Shown here: one piece after another, positions 25,069 to 35,280 of the stretch
Numbering within the stretch: the first letter of the stretch is position 1
Layout of the letters: every line of letters begins with the position of its first letter
Origin: Patellaria atrata CBS 101060
Lineage: Eukaryota
Assembly (NCBI GenBank): GCA_010093705.1
Contig: MU006098.1
Coordinates: 820,666-884,665 of the forward strand
DNA: 64,000 nt
Direction: 5' to 3'
Made by a program: the position numbers and the translations under genes
Notes under the pieces: generated by a model
The model's input: only the letters and a program-made list of their open reading frames with translations
The model's database searches: none
What the model was told of the DNA's origin: nothing

Positions 25069-27504
25069 ATGGCAAGGAAGATACTCTGTGTGGCAGAGAA
25101 ACCCTCCATAGCTAAAGCAGTCGCCAATCATTTGGGAGGAACAGTTCAGCCGGTAAGTCATTCTACACAGTTTCCATCCGTATAACCTGCTAATCGAGTT
25201 CTCCAGCGTAATGTCCCTGGATTGCCATGGTTAAAGAACTATGAGTTCACTTACAATTTCAGCCAACCTTGGGGCCAATGCAATGTCGTCTTCACTAGCG
25301 TTGCAGGTCATATCAACTCGAACGATTTTGGACCGGAATACAAGAATTGGAACTCTTGCCCGCCAGTTCAGATGTTTGATGCACCTATACGCACATTTGT
25401 TGATCCTGTACGTCTCCCTAGACACTACTGCTGAATGGTCGGACGCTTATCTATTACTTCAAGGAGAAAACGGTGATTGCGAAGAACATCGAGATGCATG
25501 CTCGTACTTCAATGGCTCTCTATATTTGGACCGATTGTGATCGCGAAGGGGAGCATATAGGGACTGAGATCAGAAGTATTGCAATGAAAGCAAATTCTAA
25601 GCTGGAAGTTAAAAGGGCGAAATTCAGCAATATTGAAAGGGCGTGGGTACTCGAAAGTGTTATACGAGCGGATAGCATCTAATGATTATACAGACACATT
25701 ATTAATGCTTCTCAACATCCGGTTTCTCTAGATGAGAGACAGGCAAATGCAGTAGCTGCACGTATTGAACTTGACCTCAGAATAGGAGCTGCTTTTACAA
25801 GACTACAGACCTTGCAACTCAAGTCCTTGATTGATCCAGTTCAGGAACTCAAGGTCCTTAGTTATGGTTGGTACCTTTTCTAATTATTTTTCAAAAGTTG
25901 CTCCTAAGATCCGCTAGGCTCATGCCAGTTCCCAACGTTGGGTTTTGTTGTCGATCGATATTTCCGGGTGCAAAATTTCGTCCCAGAGCCCTTCTGGTAC
26001 ATCAAAGTTACCCATGTCAAAATGGATATTAAAGTCAACTTTAATTGGAAAAGGGGCCACTTATTCGATCGTATGGCAGTTATCATTATTTATGAACGAT
26101 GTCTAGATGCGCGCCTTGCAGAGGTCATAAAGACGCAGAAAAAGCCTACGAGTAAATGGAAACCATTACCTCTTACGACGGTCGAACTTCAGAAACTAGG
26201 TAGTAGGTTTCTTCGTATGGATAGTCAGACGGTTATGAAAGTAGGTAGTACTTGATGAGACGTATACAAAGGCCACGCTAATGATTTGCTTGACAGACTG
26301 CAGAAGACCTTTACACAAAGGGATGGATCAGCTACCCTAGAACTGAGACAGACCAGTTCGATAGAGGGATAGACCTGAAAAGAATTATTGACAAGCAGAC
26401 TCGAGACAATACCTGGGGCCCTTTCGCTCAAAAGTTAGTTTCTGAGCACTAAATTTTCTTTAATCCATACTAATGTGAATAGCCTGATGAATGGAAACTT
26501 CAGACAACCAAGAAATGGTAGTCACAACGATAAGGCCCATCCGCCCATTCATCCAGTGAATCATGTTGTAGGATCACAGTTATCCGAGAATGAGCGTAGA
26601 GTCTATGATTTTGTTGTTCGACGCTTTCTGGCATGCTGCTCCGAAGACGCGACAGGAGAAGCGACCGACATAGAGATTCAATATGGGCCCGAAATTTTCC
26701 ATACACATGGTTTGACTGTACTTCAACGGAATTATCTTGATGTTTATCCATTTGACAAGTGGGAAAGTAGCCAGGAACTACCGCCATTCACCGTTGGAGA
26801 GACATTCACGCCGACGGAAGCTAAGATGGTGGATGGCAAGACGACAGCTCCCGGTTACTTAACTGAACCTGAATTAATTGCTCTTATGGATGCTAATGGC
26901 ATTGGAACCGATGCTACGATGGCCGAACATATTGCCAAAATAAAAGAGAGACAGTACGTCATGTCTCAAACTAAAGGTAGTCGAGGACATACAGACAATG
27001 AGGGTGACGAGCAGGACCACGTGCTGGTAGGAAGAGGCGGCGGTAGAGGCGGAAGAGGAAGGGGTAGAGGAGGGCGAGGTGGAGGTGGAGGTACTACCGG
27101 AGCACGAGCAGGGGCTACAAGTGGAGTTCAAGAATTTATACCGACAACCCTAGGCGTTGCGCTCATTGAGGGATATGACAATGTTGGATTCGAAACCAGC
27201 TTGGGTAAACCATTCCTAAGGAAAGAAGTGAGTCATCAATCGCACGTTAAAAAAAGATAACTCCCGAGTGAGGCTCACATCGCTATAGATGGAACTTCAG
27301 ATGAAAGCCATCTGTGAAGGTAGAACGACTAGGAACGATGTGGTTCAGTCAAGTCTGGATCAATATAGAGAAGTGTATATTAGGACCCAGAGTCAGATGA
27401 ATGTGCTCAAGGCAGTAAGTCAGGAACCGGAATTGATTATCTGATAAAGTAGCTGATGTATATTATAGTCTATTAGGAAGTACATATTAGGCCAAAACGG
27501 TTGA
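25069..27504 (+). CDS. TOP3: DNA topoisomerase III (type IA)
   Basis: ILCVAEKPSIAK; TSVAGH; WTDCDREGEHIG (Toprim); GSCQFPTLG; catalytic GWISYPRTET; AHPPIHP; GIGTDATMAEHI. Eight introns: 25153-25206, 25408-25463, 25643-25693, 25867-25917, 26241-26296, 26434-26482, 27228-27288, 27415-27468. Confidence 0.96.
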
Positions 27505-28945
27505 GGTACTGTACTCCCTCCGCAACCTCCCGGCTTACAAAAGATGCTACCGATGCCGAGCCTTCATTACTATTCAAGATGGATCAAACCAGCATTCAAT
27601 CCTACAATTCTAACAGTTTGATCCGGACGTGGTTTCCCGACGGAAATTGAATCCATTTTGTTGAGCACAATACCTATATACAAGATACCATCCGAGTCTT
27701 TGCATCTAGACCCACCGTGCCACCTTAGCGTGGGCTCTGTAGTATCACGAACCGGTGCTTTCGCCGACGATCGGATTGATGGGGTGCATCAACAACGAGC
27801 AGGTGTGCGCAGAGATAGCTATCAGTGGTGTTTGCAATCATCTCAGCCATCCACGCCATCTAGGCAGAGGGTGGGGTAAAGAGGGGTTTGTGGGTTAGTA
27901 CCTAGATTCGCCTTCTCTTTCACAATATGCAGGTGATCTTTGGCGCGTATGCAGTTAACCCTCGTGATGGGACCTTCTCTTGGCCGCGCGAGGCTCGTCA
28001 AAGGCAAAGGGGAACCATGGAGGGGTTAGAGTTTGGTTCATGGGTTCGGTCATAAGGGCAAGGTTTCCGATATACCTGTCATTATCCTTAGATAAAGTCA
28101 CATATACCTGAACAGAGATAGTAGAGATAGGGAACAAATCGGAATGATGGAAATGGTTGTTATCGTCCTATTGAGCTATACCGGTACACTGCTGTGTGGA
28201 TTGTTGAGCTCGTTTTCGCTTTCATTGATGAGGTATTTCTACATGCGCAGGTGGATCATCATATGGGGCAAAGAAAGCTGCAGAATCGTCATGTCCTTTC
28301 TGCTTTTTGAGCTTGATAAGTCTAGGGTCAGCTGTACTGGAGTATTGATGATTGCGGCGTAATGCAGAAGAGAACCCGAAAAGAAAAGGACGGGAGCGTG
28401 AAAAGGTGTAGCAATGTAAGTGGCTGACCCTTTGTGTGTGGGTGACCCTTTCCTTATTCATTAAGAGCAGGTATGTACCGAAATGGGTGAGAGCGATGGG
28501 TGGATAACTGGGTTATGGCGTGGCTTGTGAGTGCATGTCGAGCTTGTCGGATTGTTTAGCAAACGCCAATCACGCCCGCTACACTGGACATGATCCCCTT
28601 GGCTTTTGCCCATCCTGCCCATCACTGTTCATCACTTGTTCATCATCGCAGCCGACCCAACATCATTAACAGAAACAACAACAGAAACAACAACAGAACA
28701 CTATCAGAATCTTCCAATATTTACTCTTGCCATCAGTCGCTTCTTCGTCCACTTCTTCTTTCATTTCCGCAACTGCCTTATCTCAGACAGTTGCTGATTC
28801 TCAGGCCTGGTTACCGCTAAGACCAGTCCTCCTCCCTCTTGCTACCTTTCACGTTGGCAGCTTCCTAGTACCTGCAGCTTTCCAGCTCCCTTTGAGGCGT
28901 ACCTTTAATACGCACATTTCGCCCCGGCTTCTGACATATTCGTCT

Positions 28946-29044
28946 GTAAGTCATCATCATACATCAAAGAAAACGCAAATCTCTTTGATATCCCCCTTTG
29001 CGACTCAACGGAATCCCGACGTTGACTCATACTGTCGCACACAG
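28946..29044 (+). other. Probable 5'-UTR intron of STB3
   Basis: GTAAGT donor, GTTGAC branch-like site, CACAG acceptor 29 nt before the ATG. Confidence 0.55.
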
Positions 29045-29073
29045 AGAAGCTGTTTCGAACCACCGTCTGCAAC

Positions 29074-30381
29074 ATGGCTACCACCCTCAATAAACCTGTT
29101 TCTAGCATCGCCATGGCTTTGGCTGGCAAATCAGGCTCTGTGGACATCCCAAAGCCCCGTGAGGTCTCAGTTCATGAGGCCTTCGCCGCTGGTACGGCAT
29201 CTGCTAAAGCCCATCGCCCTTCGGCTCTCCTTACTCCTCCGAACTCTCTCTCTCCTACTCTTCCACCCCATAAAGTCCGTGCCGATGCGCTTCAGAACCC
29301 ACCTCCTATCCAGGTAGATTCAGATATCGATTTGCAGGATGCCGTCGAACATGCGAAGCTTCAGGACCAGCCAACCGCGCTCTCATCGGCTGCGCTTTCT
29401 GGCTTGGAGGCTGGGAATGCCATTACACCTATGCTTCTGGCAAGGGAACACCTTCCCGGTATTCTTGTCCAACACGGTCCGATGGCTATCCGGCATGTCT
29501 TGAATCTCCTCACGCAGACCGTCCCGGGTTTCTCTGGGATTCCACCTGCTAAAGCCCGGCGTTTAGTTGTTGCAGCACTCGAACAACGAGGAGGAGGTGG
29601 TCCAAATGGAGAAGTTCTTTTCGAAAAAGTCGGTTGGGGTCGGTGGGACGCCAGACTGCGCGGTCAGCCGGCACCGGAGAGAATCAAGTCTCACTTCGCT
29701 AAGGTGCCGGAGGATATGTCTCCGCCGGCGAGCATGCCAGATTCTTACGCCATGTCTAATTCTGGCGGTCTGCAAATCCCGCAACGTCCTCATCAGCGTA
29801 GGGATGACCACGCCCACAACAGCTGGGGTGGTGACTCGCAAATGAGTGCCTATTCCGAGGAAATGGATGATCGCAACATGGCAGAGCATGAAGCAGACAA
29901 GATGTCTCTAGATGGAGATGATGATGGCATCGGGGCGTCCTCGTCAGCTTCACGCGCTGGAGATCGTAGGCGTGCAGCAGACCTGGCAGGAGATTTCGAT
30001 GATGCAACGGATGAGGAGGATTGGGCAATGATTGGAGCAGCCGCCCTCAGACAAGCTTCACTGCCCGTGGCTGGGGGCGGGAGACTATCCAGACATCATA
30101 ATAGAAGACAATCCGGGCAACCGAGAGGGAAGAGCCGTAATGCTCCGGTTCCGGCCCGGCATGCTTCCTACCAGCACCCACATCGGCAAACTTCAAAGGC
30201 ACTACTTCCACAGCGGGTCATTTCTTCTTCTTTCAATCTTGGTTCAGGATTCGGCGTTTACGGATCTACTTCAGAACAACTAGCATCTTCAAACATCAAC
30301 GGCGTTATGGGCATGAATGGGATGGCGGACTCGCAGGAGCGCGAGGCCATCGCGGCGTTGTTGAGCATGGGCTCTATGTAA
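29074..30381 (+). CDS. STB3: Sin3-binding protein Stb3 family regulator
   Basis: ITPMLLAREHLPGILVQHGPMAIRHV..VPGFSGIPPAKARRLVVAALE..FEKVGWGRW (Stb3 domain); TDEEDWAMIGAAALR; EREAIAALLSM. Confidence 0.85.
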   Translation: MATTLNKPVSSIAMALAGKSGSVDIPKPREVSVHEAFAAGTASAKAHRPSALLTPPNSLSPTLPPHKVRADALQNPPPIQVDSDIDLQDAVEHAKLQDQPTALSSAALSGLEAGNAITPMLLAREHLPGILVQHGPMAIRHVLNLLTQTVPGFSGIPPAKARRLVVAALEQRGGGGPNGEVLFEKVGWGRWDARLRGQPAPERIKSHFAKVPEDMSPPASMPDSYAMSNSGGLQIPQRPHQRRDDHAHNSWGGDSQMSAYSEEMDDRNMAEHEADKMSLDGDDDGIGASSSASRAGDRRRAADLAGDFDDATDEEDWAMIGAAALRQASLPVAGGGRLSRHHNRRQSGQPRGKSRNAPVPARHASYQHPHRQTSKALLPQRVISSSFNLGSGFGVYGSTSEQLASSNINGVMGMNGMADSQEREAIAALLSMGSM

Positions 30382-31614
30382 TACCAAATCACATCCACGA
30401 CATGGCGGATCTGGGTACGGCGTTTTCACTAGGGGATGCGCATGATGAACGCGTTCTCCTACTCTTTCTCTCTCTCTGTCTCTCTCTCGCACTTTTATGT
30501 CAAGCGCTGACGCGGGATGATGAGGTCTCTCTAGGGTTCGGGCAGGAATATTCTCTATTTCTCGGTCATGGTGTTTCTGTCTTACTCAATGGTCTTCATC
30601 TGGATATCACCGAAGCATGGGTACTCTCTTGCCCCCCTCTGCTCGGTTTCATTTTGTTAATGTTCTTCTTTTCCTCTTCCGCGGTGGAGATTAATCTGCG
30701 GCACTGCGACTGCTTGTTTACAGTGTGTGCGCGTCTGCAACCAGTCTTCTGCCTTCATATTACAACATTTATTAGCATTTTGCTTCCATTCTTATCCCGA
30801 TAATGTCGGCGACATCATTTATAATCTATTATCTTTTCGCTTGGGGGAAGGAGAGGAGGAGACATCGCTGCGTTGACAAGCAGGCAGATATTAACAATCA
30901 AAGAAATTGTGCCAGGCGGCGTGGGAGCGCTTAATTGCTCACTCTTGCGTCCATCTGGCGAAAAGGAAGAATTCTCGTGCTTGTTGTTCTTAAGTGACTT
31001 TGGTGATGGTCTCTATGTTCATATCTGCACGCCGTCTCCCGTACCCTTCCTTCCGTCATATTTCGTCCCTCAATTCACGAATCGGTCTAACCTCATTCAC
31101 TAATGTAGTTGTCCAGAATTTCATTTTCGAGTTACCCTACCTGAACTTCATTCACTTCTCTTCTGAAAGATATCTTGTCACATTTCTTCTAACTTATCTC
31201 GTTATCTTTCTATTGTCTTCTTGTCCTCATCTCCAACCCATCTCATCATCAAGTTTACGCTTCCAATGTTCCACGCTTCCATACATTCACACGTTTATAT
31301 CTTCCTATTCCATTCTTCGAATCTAAATAATGGGGTTCTAACTTAATCATCGTCATTGGTGACATCCAATATATTGGGCACCGGCTCAAAACGGAAGGCA
31401 TCAGCTCCAACTACAGTAGGTGGTGTACCCCGTCTGCTCTTTCCACTTACACAAGGTCCATTCTGGAAATCCATAGAAGCACTCGGGAAGCAGAATACGC
31501 TATTGATGAATTCATCTCGATTCATTCGCAAATACCACAAATCCAACAGAACCAAATCATAATCTCAACCCAATCCCATCTAAACGCCAAAAACACAAAT
31601 AACCTCTCATATCC

Positions 31615-33723
31615 CTACAAACTATACACCCATCCCGACCCCTCATCCGCCTGCCTCGCCTCCCTCCTTGTTCTCCCCAACCATTCACTCGATTTCTGCC
31701 ACCCCCGCCTCTCCACCCATCTCTCTAACCCCGTGAGTACTCTATCCCTCCACCCGGGCCCCCCCTTCGCACAGCCAAAACTCCCCTCATTCCCCTCAGA
31801 CCGACCCTCGACACTCCGTCTTTTCCTCTCGTTCACACTCACCACCCACACCCTAAACCCGACATACCCGGCCCACGCGACCGCCACACACATCCCCGTC
31901 ACTGCAAACGGGACCTTATATCCGGGAGCCCAGCGGGGCCTGAACAGCATCGCGGCGATGACGCCGGCGAAGTTCCCCCAGCCGTTGATGCCGAGCACGA
32001 TGGCGCGCTTGCCGGGGTGCGGGGTGTTGTTTGCTAGCCAGGCGACGGCGAGGGGGGAGGTGGTATAGGTGCCGAGGAGGATGATGTTGAGAGCGAGGTA
32101 GTGGGGGATGGCCCAACCCCATCCGGCCTCGCTCTGGGTTTCGGAACTGCGAAGGGAGGAGGATGGGGAGACGGGGTTGGGGGTGCGGGTGCGTGATGGA
32201 GAGGGAAGGACAATGGTGATGGTGAGGCCAATTAGGAGGATGGCGAGGGAGGCAAGGAGAGGGATGAGGCGTGCGCGTATGCGGTCGGACCATACGGTGA
32301 ATGCCCATAGTGCTACGGCGCCTAGGATGTAAGGAGGTGCGGCGAGAAGGTTTGTCAGGGCTGCTGTATTTGTCGTGCTTGATGGGTTATTAGGGTCGGT
32401 TGCGTGAGAGGGAAGAAGAGGCCGGAGGACGAGTGGAAGGAAGATACTAAATGCGGTAGCCGGTATTGCGGAGAGGATATTGCAGATTAGTAGATACGGG
32501 ATTTTGGGATCTGTGAGCGCGGCGAGAACGGCACCGGATGTGAGGCCGCGATCATCGGTTAGGGAGACCGGAGAAGAGTCAGAAGATGGGGAGGAGGAAC
32601 GGGGAAGAAGTGTTTGGGACTCGTTGGATGATGAAGAGCGAGGGGTTCGGGGATACTTCGAGTTCGATTCCTCCGCATTATCGTCTACGTCGGCGGGTGA
32701 CGCTTTTGCATATGTTTTTGCATCTGCATGAGCGAGAGCCCGGTCTCTACGTATACGCTCCTCGGCCCACTCTCTTTGCTCCGGGTTAAGAAACCATGCT
32801 GTTCTCGCGTTATGCGGTAGCCAGAGAAAGCCTGCAGCAGCAAGGACAATAGTACAACAGCCTTCGATTAGGAATAGGATCTGCCATGACTTCCAACTGT
32901 GGTTGTCCTTGCTCTCACCCTCTCCCTGTTCGTGGTTAAACGAAAATCGCGAGAAAATGGCAAACGCAAGAACTCCTCCTATTGCACCAGCGACGGCCGA
33001 TTGCCCATAAAAGATGGCTAAACGCCTTCCGAACTCGAATCGGGTGTAGAAGAGACTTAGATAGGACACTGCGACTGGGTAGAAACCAGCTTCTAGTATA
33101 GCAATTAGAGCTCTCAGGGTGATGAGTTGCCATTTCGTCTGTACGAAGGCATGTAATGCTGTACAAACACCCCATATTGTCATACATCCTGGTACCCAGC
33201 GTACCATACCATAGCGACGGCCGAACGCAGCACCAATGGGTTGTAGGGTTACGAAGAAGAAGTAGAAGACGGCGACGGCGGTGTTAAGGTCGGATTTTGC
33301 GAGGCCAACGTCGTTGGTAAAGTTTGCTGTTTCCGCATTACCGATCTAGGGGAGAATGGGGGTGAGTAGTTGATATTTGCTGATATATTGGGGGAAACAA
33401 CAGGGAGGTAACTGGAAGTAAAGGCTCGACTCTAGGACCTTCGTACTTACATTACTCTTATCTAAACTATTAAACAGAAACAACAGCGCCAGAAATGGTA
33501 GTAATATAAAGTCCAACCTGCGGACAGTCGCTTTATTCAATTCTTGCTCTTCCACCGTGAATTGCAGCTCTACGTCTTTCCCCATGTCATTACTATATAT
33601 GAAAGTAAATTCGAACGAAGACCTCCTCTTTCTGTTCCTTTTCCATTCGCTTTCCGGCTTCGGGGACGCTGGGGGGGTTGGCTTGAGAGGTTCCAACTCG
33701 TAGCTCTCTCCATCGTCGTTCAT
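31615..33723 (-). CDS. MFS transporter, allantoate/nicotinate permease-like (anion:cation symporter) family
   Basis: RRLDFILLPFLALLFLFNSLDKSN|IGNA; EAGFYP..YLSLFYTRFEFGRR; WQILFLIEG; WFLNPEQR; multiple TM helices. Intron 33346-33450. Confidence 0.9.
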
Positions 33724-34609
33724 ACCTGCGGGGATATCTCTATCGCGACGGAGCCAAGCCCGCCGTTAGGTGTCCGAATGACAGGTACCGCTTTCACCGG
33801 ACCATATTCTAGGATTTTAAGCTGCGCGTACGGTGTAAGCGATGATTCCATATTGGGCTTCAGAAGTCGATTGCACAGTAAACATACAATGTACAGTGTA
33901 CAGGAACGAGGAGTCGAAATAATATATACATGTTGAAAAACGTGCCTTGTGCCTGAGCCGACCTTCCCATTTTCTCTCTGTCAAACCCCAGACTGGACAT
34001 GACGGGCTAGTGCATTTTGACTTAACGGTTCCCGTCCTAGCTTCCTACACTTCCGCAAGATTCCGTTAGGTTACCAGACCCACGTGAGATTTAATTCGCT
34101 TTAGCCTCTTTTCATTGTTTGTTTTGAATTCCAGGTTCCTTTTCACAACTTGTGAAAGCTTTTTTGCTCAGCAGTCAGATTCTCGAATCGTCTCCTGTGC
34201 GTCCCAACCTCCTTCCAGACGGATTTCATGTGTTGTGAATCACTAGGCGCATGGATTTAGCTGTATGTGACGAATAGAATGGGGATAGGATATATGCAAT
34301 AGGCATGCAAGAGGACGTGTCAGGTCCAGTGAGAGACCAGAGACGTTGCATCATCACGTTATTGGTTAGAATCGAAAAGAATCCTTACGGGTGAGAGAAC
34401 TGCCAGCGCGATCACCCTCGAGTTCACGCGACTTGCAGTGTCGTATCCTATCGTCAGTAGGGTAGGTAAGCTTTTGCAGTAGTTAGGCAACAAAAAGGGT
34501 GAAAACCCCCCATCCTTCGTGAGCAATTCATGCTTCAGAATTTTGTTCCATTAAAATCTGATATCATGTCCAATTCGCCCGCCCCGTAACTCGACAACGG
34601 TTTAAAATC

Positions 34610-34653
34610 AAAGTTACTAAAGTTACTAAAGTTACTAAAGTTTCTAAAGTTAC
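34610..34653 (+). repeat. 9-bp tandem repeat (AAAGTTACT)~4.8
   Basis: aaagttact aaagttact aaagttact aaagtttct aaagttac. Confidence 0.9.
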
Positions 34654-35280
34654 CAGCGATAATAAACGGGTGACACGAAACCTTTCAAAACCTGGTCCTT
34701 ACAACCGGAACGGCACGCTTTGCAGTGGTGGCGTTTTCTGGTAAGGTAGGAGCGAACGAGCGTGACAGAACAGGCAGCGTCAAAGGAAAACACTGGGAAC
34801 CAGCCCTGCCAATTTCCAAGGCAACGCAACCCGTTATCGTCACTTTTTCACTAACACAATTCTCGCGCACTCACACACACCATCTACCCTCACAAATTCA
34901 CACTCAATCATCAATTGCTTCATTTCTCCTACAATCATCTCAACCTCCGTCATCGCGAAAGTTCCCCCGGCGTTTCTGGCGTTGCTACCCCGGAGTAATG
35001 TTGTTTTGATCATCACCTAATTTCCACCATCACCTTTTCGCGCCCGTCAGCTCAGATCCTTGCTTACGAGAAATTCGAGACACCTCCTGTTCAAACGACT
35101 GCATCACCCATTGTACATATGCAATCCTCAAGAAACTCTCGCAAACGACGGCAGCGCATCAATCAACCCACACATACACTCTCCCCATAACTAGAAACCC
35201 CACACTGGGCCTTCTCCACAAGGCTTCGAGCCCTCACGGGCGCACGCGGACGTACCTCCTGAGTTCCTCCCACCTCAGAT

